64,000 nt of DNA from Clostridia bacterium (GTDB lineage: Bacteria > Bacillota > Clostridia > Oscillospirales > Acutalibacteraceae): the NCBI GenBank assembly GCA_017623575.1, contig JAGAOS010000005.1, positions 14,350-78,349 of the forward strand, written 5' to 3'. Below are positions 53,874 to 62,587 of the stretch, one piece after another. The stretch's first letter is position 1. Each line of letters begins with the position of its first letter. The notes below the pieces were generated by a model, which saw only the letters and a list, made by a program, of their open reading frames with translations, searched no databases and was not told the origin of the DNA. The position numbers and the translations under genes were made by a program.

Positions 53874-53892
53874 ACAAACGCTGAACGTTTGT
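53874..53892. promoter_or_regulatory. Palindromic operator candidate upstream of the TetR gene
   Basis: acaaacg-ctgaa-cgtttgt has 7-bp inverted arms and lies about 50 nt upstream of the TetR start. Confidence 0.4.
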
Positions 53893-53970
53893 GCTTTAAT
53901 TTTGCATAATCTTTGCGGAGGAGTGAGTATCTGTAAAATTCAGTTAAGAATACGGCCTGATTAGTAATTC

Positions 53971-54201
53971 TTAAGGTTTAATAATAGGTTCGACATTTAT
54001 AATGCTTTCTTTGGCACACCGCTTACATTTAATCGGTAGATTTTTAATCTCAGTGTCGGGAAGTAACCAGAGCACTGTATGCTTTCCGCATATGGGACAA
54101 AAAAATCTTCGTCGCTCTGTTTTAGTATCGTTTTCTGTTATTTTATTCTGTAATGCTTTTTCCAAATTAGGATCACCTCGGTTTTGGCTCAATTGCATCA
54201 A
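53971..54201 (-). CDS. Cysteine-rich KTR-domain-like small protein
   Basis: FFCPICGKHTVLWLLPDTEIKNLPIKCKRCAKESIINV matches the CPxCG...NFPLxCxxC pattern of KTR proteins found on Firmicutes mobile elements. The real start may be the TTG at 54165 behind GAGGTGA. Confidence 0.6.
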   Translation of the reverse strand: MMQLSQNRGDPNLEKALQNKITENDTKTERRRFFCPICGKHTVLWLLPDTEIKNLPIKCKRCAKESIINVEPIIKP

Positions 54202-54204
54202 ATA

Positions 54205-54262
54205 ACCTTAAAAAAGAAAAGCCTGTACCATAATCGTATAAAACGATTAAATGGCACAGGCT
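54205..54262 (-). terminator. Strong intrinsic terminator (minus strand) between the recombination sites and the KTR gene
   Basis: On the minus strand a long stem agcctgtgccat...atggtacaggct (one mismatch, with an inner aatcgt/acgatt helix) is followed by ttttcttttttaagg. Confidence 0.7.
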
Positions 54263-54360
54263 CTAAGGCTCAGGCACGGGATAATTTTTTATGTATTACG
54301 CGAGGTACGACTCACTCTGTTAAGATTATGTATATGTTCAATGAATAACGATAGTATTCA

Positions 54361-54382
54361 ACATAATGGGTATTATGTTGTA
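54361..54382 (+). repeat. Core-type recombination site 1 (dif-like)
   Basis: acataatgggtattatgttgta. The 7-bp inverted arms acataat/attatgt surround gggt. Same orientation as site 2. Confidence 0.65.
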
Positions 54383-54419
54383 TTTGTTTATAAAAAAACG
54401 ATGCTAATTGAACATCGGC

Positions 54420-54444
54420 ATCACATAATGGGTATTATGTTGTA
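54420..54444 (+). repeat. Core-type recombination site 2 (dif-like)
   Basis: atcacataatgggtattatgttgta is a perfect 25-bp inverted repeat of site 3. Confidence 0.7.
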
Positions 54445-54680
54445 CGAACAGCCGAAACTAGCATACTTCGTTACTTCATCAGTAGCAATGATTATAGCAT
54501 AGTTTGTTGAAAAAAGCAAGTAATTTTTAATAAAAAATAAGATTTACATAAAAACAACAGATTTTGGGCGTAGTGAAGGAGACCTTTTGTTTAATTTTTT
54601 CAAAAGGTCATCTTTGTTATACTTTATTTACATATATTAAAGCATCTAATAATGGTAAATCTCCTTTATTTATTAAGTTT

Positions 54681-54705
54681 TACAACATAATACCCATTAT
54701 GTGAT
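54681..54705 (-). repeat. Core-type recombination site 3 (dif-like), inverted relative to sites 1 and 2
   Basis: tacaacataatacccattatgtgat is the reverse complement of site 2. It lies 24 nt from the recombinase stop codon. Confidence 0.7.
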
Positions 54706-54728
54706 AACCGCTAATTTGTTAGCGGTTT

Positions 54729-55571
54729 TTATATTATCAATCGCATATTCTCCATACGGCGCTGATGCTCTGCACCGGTGGTAATTATATAAATACGAGT
54801 TGTATTTATATTGGAATGACCAAGAATATCCGCCAGCTTTGCAATATCCTTTTCAATGCCGTAAAAAGTGCGAGCAAAAAGATGTCTGAGATTGTGCGGA
54901 AAAACCTTTTGCGGCGAAACACCGGCTTCTTCACACAGTTCCTTCATTTGCCGCCATATATTACTACGGTCAAGCGGCTTTCCGTTTTTGGTTACAAACA
55001 ATATTCCGGTAGTAATACCCTGTTCTGCGGCATACCGAAGCAGCTTCTTTTTCAAAGCCTTGACAATGAATATTTTTCTTGTTTTACCCTTACAAGAAAC
55101 CTCTGCCTCCCCTCGCCTGACAGCCTCCACAGTTATATATTGCAACTCACTAACACGAATGCCTGTTCCACAGATTGTCTGTACCACAAGGGACAGCCGT
55201 TCGTTTTTCTTTTGCTCAGCCGCTCTGACAAGGGCTGTGTATTCCGCCCTGGTAAGCTCCTTTTCCTCAGAACAGTAGGCTTCGTTTTGAAGCTTGAACT
55301 GCTTTACACATAAATCATTCCAGCCGGCAAATCTAAAAAAGGCATTCAATGCCGCCAGCATTGAGTTGGTGCTTCTTATGGCGTACTTTTCGGCTAAGGC
55401 GCCCTTGTACTCCAACACCATTGCTTTATTTGGTATATTCCCATCTGCATAATCTGCAAAAAAATGAATATCTCGCATATATTTTTGAATGGTTGCTTCT
55501 GTCTTTTCATTTTCGGTAAGATATTTTTTAAAGTCATTTATAATTTTTAAGGTAATAATAGTTTTTTTCAT
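54729..55571 (-). CDS. Tyrosine site-specific recombinase (XerC/XerD-like integrase family)
   Basis: 280 aa. N-terminal SAM-like core-binding domain. Catalytic residues are R in GTGIRVSEL, HxxR in HNLRHLFARTF, and H...Y in LGHSNINTTRIY. Confidence 0.9.
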   Translation of the reverse strand: MKKTIITLKIINDFKKYLTENEKTEATIQKYMRDIHFFADYADGNIPNKAMVLEYKGALAEKYAIRSTNSMLAALNAFFRFAGWNDLCVKQFKLQNEAYCSEEKELTRAEYTALVRAAEQKKNERLSLVVQTICGTGIRVSELQYITVEAVRRGEAEVSCKGKTRKIFIVKALKKKLLRYAAEQGITTGILFVTKNGKPLDRSNIWRQMKELCEEAGVSPQKVFPHNLRHLFARTFYGIEKDIAKLADILGHSNINTTRIYIITTGAEHQRRMENMRLII

Positions 55572-55638
55572 ATTTACTCTCCTTAAATTTTAATACTATT
55601 ATTTTACACTCTATCTGCCAAAATACACAATCTTAAGA

Positions 55639-55667
55639 TTGACTTTAAATTAAAACTATGATAATAT
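55639..55667 (+). promoter_or_regulatory. Candidate sigma-A promoter of the MFS gene
   Basis: TTGACT, a 17-nt spacer, then TAATAT. Confidence 0.5.
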
Positions 55668-55736
55668 TATTGCGTAAGTGAAACCCATTACGGTTTCACC
55701 TCATCTGCCTATATTATAAATAAGAGATGATGCAAT

Positions 55737-56927
55737 ATGAAAAAAATCAGTAACGGTGCTGTAGTTTATCTTTTTGCAGTAACATATCTTGTAAGCTATG
55801 TTACGCGAATAAACTACGGTGCCGTTTTAGTTGAAATGGTAAATGCTACGGGTTTTAGCAAAACCGCGCTTTCGGTTGCTCTTACAGGCAGCTTTATAAC
55901 CTACGGAATAGGTCAAATAATAAGCGGCTTTTTTGGTGATAAGGCTCAGCCCAAGCGACTTGTTTTTTGGGGCCTTTTAACATCTGTTACCATAAATGTT
56001 TTGATTCCGTTTTGCAGTAGTCCAACCGTTATGGCAGCTTTGTGGAGCGTCAACGGTTTGGCTCAAGCCTTTATGTGGCCACCTATGGTAAGGCTTATGG
56101 TAAGCCTTTTTAATGATGATGAATACCGAAAAGCAAGTGTTAAGGTTTCCTATGGTAGCTCACTTGGTACCATTGTTGTATTTTTGTTATCTCCCCTTTT
56201 AATATCTATTTGGGGTTGGAAAAGCGTTTTCTTTGTTTCTGCCGCCTTTGGTGTTGTAATGCTTGTAATTTGGCAATTGCTTTGCCCTGAAATAAACTTT
56301 TCACCCGAAATTCCGCAAAAAAACACTTCTGCACCAATTGGCAATTTTAAAATAGATATTCTTTTTGTGCTTATAATGATTGGTATAGTTCTTCAGGGTG
56401 CCCTGCGTGACGGCGTTACCACCTGGACTCCCACCTATATTGACGATATGTTTAATTTAGGCAGTGCCTTAGCAATTCTAACCAGCGTTGTACTGCCAAT
56501 TTTCAGTATGTTCTGCCACGGTATGGGCGGTTGGCTTTATTATAAGGTTTTTAAAAGCCCTGTGCTTTCTGCAGGTGTAATTTTTGGTGCAGGCACCCTT
56601 GCCGCTACGGCTTTATACCTTATTGGTGCAAAAAGCGCGGTTATTTCAATAATTTGTCTTGCTCTGCTTGTGGGAGCAATGCACGGCGTAAACCTTATGC
56701 TTATTTGTATGGTTCCCGCCTTTTATAAAAACACAGGCAAAATCTCTTTAGTTTCAGGACTTCTTAACGCCTGTACATATGTAGGTAGTGCTATTTCCAC
56801 CTATGGAATCGCACTTCTTACCGATAATGCAGGCTGGTCGGTAACGGTAGGTGTCTGGGCGATTATTGCCCTTGTTGGCACCGCTGTATGCCTTGTTGCC
56901 ATACCATTATGGAATAAAAAATTCTAA
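55737..56927 (+). CDS. MFS transporter
   Basis: 396 aa with about 12 TM segments, and GDKAQPKR between TM2 and TM3 (MFS motif A-like). Confidence 0.8.
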   Translation: MKKISNGAVVYLFAVTYLVSYVTRINYGAVLVEMVNATGFSKTALSVALTGSFITYGIGQIISGFFGDKAQPKRLVFWGLLTSVTINVLIPFCSSPTVMAALWSVNGLAQAFMWPPMVRLMVSLFNDDEYRKASVKVSYGSSLGTIVVFLLSPLLISIWGWKSVFFVSAAFGVVMLVIWQLLCPEINFSPEIPQKNTSAPIGNFKIDILFVLIMIGIVLQGALRDGVTTWTPTYIDDMFNLGSALAILTSVVLPIFSMFCHGMGGWLYYKVFKSPVLSAGVIFGAGTLAATALYLIGAKSAVISIICLALLVGAMHGVNLMLICMVPAFYKNTGKISLVSGLLNACTYVGSAISTYGIALLTDNAGWSVTVGVWAIIALVGTAVCLVAIPLWNKKF

Positions 56928-56954
56928 ATGTAGTGGTGAAGCATTTTAAAAATA

Positions 56955-56983
56955 TTGATTTTCTAATTGTAGCGGTGTATAAT
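56955..56983 (+). promoter_or_regulatory. Candidate sigma-A promoter of murD
   Basis: TTGATT, a 17-nt spacer, then TATAAT. Confidence 0.55.
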
Positions 56984-57075
56984 ATATAATGTATAGTTAT
57001 GTTATATGATGGGTGGCAAAATTACATATTCTGTAATAAAACAAGGTCGCCTGTATCAGTTTTGGAGGGTCTTTT

Positions 57076-58458
57076 ATGGATTGCAAACAATTTTTCAACA
57101 GTATAACCGATAAACGAATTGCCCTTTGCGGAATCGGTGTAAGCAACACTCCCCTTATTTTAAAGTTTTTAAAAATGGGAGCCAGAGTTTTTGCCTGTGA
57201 CCGTCGCGACCGCGCGCAGGTGGGTGAGCTTGCCGACCGTCTGGAAAAGGAAGGCGCTGAGCTTCGTCTTGGTGAGGATTACCTTAAAAATCTTGAGGTT
57301 GATGTTATCTTCCGTACACCCGGTATGAATTTCAATCTTCCCGAATTGCAGGAGGCCCGTCGCAACGGAATCGCCGTCACCTCTGAAATGGAAGTATTTT
57401 TTGATCTCTGCCCCGCCACCATTTTTGCTGTTACAGGTTCAGACGGAAAAACCACTACCACCACCCTTATTGCAAAAATGTTAGAGGCTGCAGGCAAAAA
57501 GGTTCATGTTGGCGGAAATATAGGTCGTCCCCTTCTACCCGAGCTGGATGATATTTCTCCCGAGGATTTTGTAGTTGCCGAGCTTTCCTCCTTCCAGCTT
57601 ATTTCTATGCGCAAAAGCCCCGATGTTGCGGTTATTACCAACCTTGCGCCAAACCATTTGGATGTACACAAGGATATGGATGAATATATTGGCGCCAAGC
57701 AGAATATTATGCTTCATCAAAATGCATTTTCCCGCACAGTTTTAAATTTGGATGATAAAATCACCAGCGGCTTTGCCAAGGATGTAAGAGGTCAACTGCT
57801 ATATTCCAGTATGACCGAACGCATTAAAAACGGTGCCTGGATAGACTCTGACGGCAATATATTTATGAGCTATCGCGGCATTAATGCCCCCATTATGAAC
57901 AAAAAAGATATTGCCCTTATGGGTGAGCATAATGTAGCTAACTATCTTTCGGCAATATCTGCCGTATGGGGCTATGTTGGCGCCGAGGCTATACGCAAGG
58001 TTGCAAAGGAATTTATGGGCGTTGAGCATCGCATTGAATTTGTAAGAGAGCTTGACGGCGTAAAATATTACAACGACTCTATTGCATCCAGCCCAACCCG
58101 AACCATTGCGGGTCTTAAATCCTTTGATGGTAATGTAATTCTTCTTGCGGGCGGCTATGATAAACACATCCCCTTTGAGCCTATGGTACCCTATATTATT
58201 GAAAAGGTTAAGCTTTTAATTTTAACAGGTCCCACCGCAGATAAAATTGAGGCTGCCATTAAAAAGAATACCAAATATATGGGCTATAACCCCGATATTA
58301 TAAGAGCCAATAATCTTGAAGAGGCGGTTGAGATTGCCCACAAAAACGCAGTTTCGGGAGATATTGTTACCCTCTCCCCCGCTTGCGCCAGCTTTGATGC
58401 CTTCCCCAACTTTGCGGTAAGAGGCGATAAATATAAGGAACTTGTAAATAAGCTTTAA
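57076..58458 (+). CDS. murD: UDP-N-acetylmuramoyl-L-alanine--D-glutamate ligase
   Basis: 460 aa. Contains GIGVSN, the ATP-binding loop VTGSDGKTTTT, HLDVH, EHRIEF and NDSIASSPTRT. Confidence 0.93.
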   Translation: MDCKQFFNSITDKRIALCGIGVSNTPLILKFLKMGARVFACDRRDRAQVGELADRLEKEGAELRLGEDYLKNLEVDVIFRTPGMNFNLPELQEARRNGIAVTSEMEVFFDLCPATIFAVTGSDGKTTTTTLIAKMLEAAGKKVHVGGNIGRPLLPELDDISPEDFVVAELSSFQLISMRKSPDVAVITNLAPNHLDVHKDMDEYIGAKQNIMLHQNAFSRTVLNLDDKITSGFAKDVRGQLLYSSMTERIKNGAWIDSDGNIFMSYRGINAPIMNKKDIALMGEHNVANYLSAISAVWGYVGAEAIRKVAKEFMGVEHRIEFVRELDGVKYYNDSIASSPTRTIAGLKSFDGNVILLAGGYDKHIPFEPMVPYIIEKVKLLILTGPTADKIEAAIKKNTKYMGYNPDIIRANNLEEAVEIAHKNAVSGDIVTLSPACASFDAFPNFAVRGDKYKELVNKL

Positions 58459-58470
58459 GGAATTGTTTTT

Positions 58471-59469
58471 ATGAATTTAACTGAACTTATAACCGAGCTT
58501 GCCACGGCTGATGGCATTGGTCATATAGGCACTGTGCGTGAGGTTGCTAAAAAATATCTTTCGCCCTTTGCAAAAATAACCGAAAATGAGAACTATCTTC
58601 TTGCCGAAATTGGCGAGGGTGAACCCTTGCTTATGCTTGAAGCCCATATGGACGAGGTTGGTATGATTGTTACTGAGGTTTATGATGACGGTTTTTTATC
58701 GGTCACCAATGTTGGCTCAATTGATGCCAGATTTTTGCCCTCACAAGGTGTTAAAATATACGGCAAAGAGGTTGTAAAGGGTGTATTCACAAGTGTGCCA
58801 CCTCACCTGAAAAAGGGCGACACTACCCCCGATTTTGACCTTTGTCAGATAGACACAGGTAATAAAAATATTGGCAAAATAGTATCAAAAGGTGATTTTG
58901 TTCTGTTTGATGCCAAGCCTGTTTCTCTTTTGAACAACAGAATTTCCTCAAAGGCGCTGGATAACCGTAGCGGTATGGCGGCAGTTATTAAGGCAGGCGA
59001 AAAAATTTCGCAAATGAAGCTACCCTTTAAAGTGATTCTTCTTTTCCCCACAGGGGAGGAATTAGGACTAAGGGGAGCCAGAGTCGCCGCCTACAACAGT
59101 GGTGTAAAAAAATCTATTGTTGTAGATGTTAGCTTTGGTGATTGCCCTGATGTTTCGCCCTCTAAAACGGCTAAGCTGGGTAGCGGCGCAATGATAGGTG
59201 TTTCCCCTGTTTTAAGCCGCGATATTTATAAAAAGCTTGAATCGGTTGCAAAGGAGAATAATATTCCCTACACCTTAGAGGTTATGGGCGGCACCACCTC
59301 CACCGATGCTGATGTTATCTCCCTTAATCAGTCGGGAATCCCCACAGGGCTTGTTTCCATTCCTCTTAGAAATATGCACACCCCCTGCGAGGTTCTTGAC
59401 GAAAAGGATGTTGCGGCAGTCAGCACACTTCTTGCCGCTTATGTAGAGGGGGAAATTACAAATGAATGA
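58471..59469 (+). CDS. M42 family metallopeptidase (aminopeptidase / FrvX-like)
   Basis: Contains EAHMDEVGMIVTEV, ALDNRSGMAAV and PTGEELGLRGA. Confidence 0.85.
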   Translation: MNLTELITELATADGIGHIGTVREVAKKYLSPFAKITENENYLLAEIGEGEPLLMLEAHMDEVGMIVTEVYDDGFLSVTNVGSIDARFLPSQGVKIYGKEVVKGVFTSVPPHLKKGDTTPDFDLCQIDTGNKNIGKIVSKGDFVLFDAKPVSLLNNRISSKALDNRSGMAAVIKAGEKISQMKLPFKVILLFPTGEELGLRGARVAAYNSGVKKSIVVDVSFGDCPDVSPSKTAKLGSGAMIGVSPVLSRDIYKKLESVAKENNIPYTLEVMGGTTSTDADVISLNQSGIPTGLVSIPLRNMHTPCEVLDEKDVAAVSTLLAAYVEGEITNE

Positions 59470-60493
59470 GCTTTTAAGTCTTTTTAAAACGCTTTGTGAA
59501 TTAGACGGTCCTTCAGGAAATGAGGATAAGGTAAGAGATTTTATTTTAAACGAAATCTCCCCATACTGTGATGCAAAAATTGACCCTATGGGCAATATAA
59601 TCGCCTTTAAAAAGGGTAAAAAAAATACACCCAAATACAAGGTTATGCTGGATGCCCATATGGACGAAGTAGGCATAATTATAACAGAAATTACAAGTAG
59701 CGGTATGCTTAGATTTGAAACCATTGGCGGCATTGAAACCGAGGCGCTTATGTGCAAACGGGTGCGTTTTGGAAATGTAGTTGGTGTTATCGGCGCAAAG
59801 CCTATACATCAGTCCTCTGCCGATGAACGCAAAAAGCTCCCCTCTAAGGACAGCCTTTATATTGATATTGGCGCTATGGATAATGAGGATGCTGAAAGCT
59901 ATGTTTCTATTGGAGATATAGGCACCTTTGCTACTGAGTGGGCAGACCTGCCTGACGGCAATTTTAAAGCCAAGGCAGTTGATGACAGGGTTGGCTGTGC
60001 AGTGCTTATAAACCTTTTAAAGCAAGATGCCGAGTTTGATTTTTATGCCACCTTTACGGTTGGTGAGGAAATAGGCTGCCGCGGCGCTAAAACCGCCACC
60101 TATTCTGTTGACCCCGATTTTGCTATAGCATTGGAATGTACCACCGCCGCCGACATTCACAAAAATACCGAAAATAAGGTAACTATTGTTGGTGAGGGTG
60201 TTGCCGTATCCTTTATGGACAGAGCCACCCTTTATGACCGCGCTCTTTACAATTTCACCCTTGAAACGGCAAAGAAAAACGGTATCCCCGCTCAGATTAA
60301 AACTGCTGTTTCGGGCGGTAATAATTCGGGTGCTATTCACCTTACAAGGGGCGGTGTTCGTACCGTTACACTTTCCCTGCCGGGCAGATATATTCATTCC
60401 TCTGCCACTGTGGGATGTGTGTCAGATTTAAAATCCCAAAACGACCTTGCGGCGGCGCTTTTAAACGAGCTTGCCAAAGGCAGTTTAAACTAA
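59462..60493 (+). CDS. M42 family metallopeptidase, second paralog
   Basis: Contains DAHMDEVGIIITEI, AVDDRVGCAVL and TVGEEIGCRGA. Overlaps the upstream gene by 8 nt. Confidence 0.85.
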   Translation: MNELLSLFKTLCELDGPSGNEDKVRDFILNEISPYCDAKIDPMGNIIAFKKGKKNTPKYKVMLDAHMDEVGIIITEITSSGMLRFETIGGIETEALMCKRVRFGNVVGVIGAKPIHQSSADERKKLPSKDSLYIDIGAMDNEDAESYVSIGDIGTFATEWADLPDGNFKAKAVDDRVGCAVLINLLKQDAEFDFYATFTVGEEIGCRGAKTATYSVDPDFAIALECTTAADIHKNTENKVTIVGEGVAVSFMDRATLYDRALYNFTLETAKKNGIPAQIKTAVSGGNNSGAIHLTRGGVRTVTLSLPGRYIHSSATVGCVSDLKSQNDLAAALLNELAKGSLN

Positions 60494-60495
60494 TT

Positions 60496-61227
60496 ATGAT
60501 AAAGCTAATAGAAACCAACCATCTGCCGTCCGTAAATTTTACGGATGGCTTTTCGGTGACAAAAATAAAGGCGAATTTTTTATCTTACGGATGTGGCTAT
60601 GACTTTTTAAGGGTATGGTACCAAAAAAATGAAAACGGACCAATAACCGCCCTTATAGAAAAATTTGAAAACTCCATTTTTATAGCCGCCGACCCCACGG
60701 CTGATATGAATGAAATAAAAGAATTTATATCTGTTATAGGCTACACATCTGTTCAGGCTACCCCCGATATTTTAAGTGCGCTGGGTCTTTCCTTTAAAGA
60801 ATATCAGGTGCTTGAATATAACGGAATTACCGACGGTTCACTTCCCCCCTACCCGAATATTAAAGAGGTTTATTCCCTTCTTTTTGGCGAGAAAAATGAA
60901 CATATAGCCCACACCGATTTTGAAGGCTTTTATGCTGACCTTTCACATAAAATACGCAGGGGTACCGCGGCGGCAATCATACTAGAAAACGCGGCGGTAT
61001 GCGTGGCATCACACATTACAGCCGATTCGGCGGTAATAAGCGGTGTTGCGGTAAAAAAGGCGGCGCGTAAAAACGGCTTGGGAAGCAGGGTATTAAACCA
61101 ACTAATCTCCTCTCTAAAAAGGCGAAAAATTTTCGTAGCCGCTGAGAAATCAGTAGTTCCCTTTTACATGAAAAACAAATTCAAAAAAGCGTTTAAAACA
61201 GCAATATATGAAGCAAAGGAATATTAA
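60496..61227 (+). CDS. GNAT-like acetyltransferase-domain protein
   Basis: I take the start as the ATG at 60496 (MIKLIETNH). The C-terminal VAVKKAARKNGLGSRVLNQLI resembles GNAT motif A (RxxGxG). Confidence 0.5.
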   Translation: MIKLIETNHLPSVNFTDGFSVTKIKANFLSYGCGYDFLRVWYQKNENGPITALIEKFENSIFIAADPTADMNEIKEFISVIGYTSVQATPDILSALGLSFKEYQVLEYNGITDGSLPPYPNIKEVYSLLFGEKNEHIAHTDFEGFYADLSHKIRRGTAAAIILENAAVCVASHITADSAVISGVAVKKAARKNGLGSRVLNQLISSLKRRKIFVAAEKSVVPFYMKNKFKKAFKTAIYEAKEY

Positions 61228-61229
61228 TT

Positions 61230-62495
61230 ATGTTGGATTTTTTTAACATTAGCGAAAGACTTTCTGCTTTGGATGAAAAGGCAATTTTAAAAACAAAATC
61301 AGTCTTTGAAAAAATTGAAAGTATAACCGAATATAATCAGTTAAAGGTGCTTCGCTCCTTTATAAATCACAGGGTAAGCGAAAGCAATTTTGCCCCCACA
61401 ACCGGCTACGGCTACGGTGACAAGGGTCGTGATGATTTGGATGAAATCTTAGCCGAAATTTTCGGCGCTGAGGATGCCATTATACGCCACACCTTTGCAA
61501 GCGGTACACACACCTTAACTGTTGCCCTTTTTGGCATACTTCGCCCCGGCGACAAAATGCTTTGCGTAACGGGCAGACCCTACGACACCCTTATTGGTGT
61601 ACTGGGCTGTGACGAAAAGGTAGACGGCTCTCTGGCTGATTTTGGGGTAGAATATTCAGAGGTTGCCTTAGGTGCAAACGGTATGCCCGACCTACCCGCT
61701 ATTAGCGAGGCTATAAAAAACGAAAAGCCTCAGGTGGTTTACATTCAGCGCTCACGCGGATATTCTCTGCGCCCCAGCCTTTCGATTGCCGATATTGAAA
61801 AAATCTGCAAAACGGTACGAGATGCGGGTAGCAATGCAATAATTATGGTGGACAACTGCTATGGCGAATTTGTAGAAAAACAAGAGCCTACCGAGGTTGG
61901 CGCCGATTTAATGGCAGGCTCGCTTATTAAAAATCCCGGTGGCGGAATTGCCCCCTGCGGTGGCTACATAGCAGGCAGAAAGGATTTAGTGGAAAAATGC
62001 GCATTCCGTATGACTGCGCCCGGTGTAGGTCGTGAGGTTGGCGCATCATTGGGTCACAACCGCGAGCTTTATATGGGAATTTTCAACGCCCCCCATATTA
62101 CGGGCGAGGCTCTTAAAGCAGCGGTTTACGCATCTGCACTGTTTACCGAAATGGGATTTGGTGTTACCCCCACTCCCAACCAGGCACGAGCCGATATTAT
62201 TCAGGCGATTTTATTAGAGCGAAGCGACCGACTTATAGCCTTTTGCAAGGGACTGCAAAGCGGCGCACCGGTTGATTCCCACCTGACCCCCGAGCCTTGG
62301 GATATGCCCGGCTATGATGACCAGGTAATTATGGCGGCAGGTGCATTTACCTTAGGCTCCTCAATCGAGCTTTCGGCAGACGCCCCCTTAAGAGAGCCAT
62401 TTGCCGTCTGGATGCAGGGTGGACTAAACTTCCACACCGCCCGTGCCGGTATTTTAATGGCCGCCGAACAGGTTTTAAAGTGTGATAATTTATAA
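61230..62495 (+). CDS. PLP-dependent methionine gamma-lyase-family protein (YnbB / aluminium-resistance-protein type)
   Basis: 421 aa. Contains TTGYGYGDKGRDDLDEI, SGTHTL and GSLIKNPGGGIAP, which are typical of the family. Confidence 0.75.
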   Translation: MLDFFNISERLSALDEKAILKTKSVFEKIESITEYNQLKVLRSFINHRVSESNFAPTTGYGYGDKGRDDLDEILAEIFGAEDAIIRHTFASGTHTLTVALFGILRPGDKMLCVTGRPYDTLIGVLGCDEKVDGSLADFGVEYSEVALGANGMPDLPAISEAIKNEKPQVVYIQRSRGYSLRPSLSIADIEKICKTVRDAGSNAIIMVDNCYGEFVEKQEPTEVGADLMAGSLIKNPGGGIAPCGGYIAGRKDLVEKCAFRMTAPGVGREVGASLGHNRELYMGIFNAPHITGEALKAAVYASALFTEMGFGVTPTPNQARADIIQAILLERSDRLIAFCKGLQSGAPVDSHLTPEPWDMPGYDDQVIMAAGAFTLGSSIELSADAPLREPFAVWMQGGLNFHTARAGILMAAEQVLKCDNL

Positions 62496-62504
62496 TTTTA
62501 CCCA

Positions 62505-62533
62505 TTGACATCCTTTTAAAAAAGGTATATAAT
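62505..62533 (+). promoter_or_regulatory. Consensus sigma-A promoter of ilvE
   Basis: TTGACA, a 17-nt spacer, then TATAAT. Confidence 0.65.
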
Positions 62534-62587
62534 TTTTATATTATTTTTCTCGATACTTTGCTACCGAGCAATATTGGAGTGTTTAAA

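Noticed and set aside
54306-54318. tacgactcactct resembles the core of the phage T7 promoter (TAATACGACTCACTATAG)
   Set aside because: It matches only about 11 contiguous bases, lacks the TAATA and initiating GGG parts, and there is no phage RNA polymerase context. Treated as coincidence.
54251-54502. 83-aa plus-strand ORF spanning recombination sites 1 and 2
   Set aside because: It has no RBS and its reading frame is built from the repeated core sites and AT-rich spacer. It is more plausibly non-coding.
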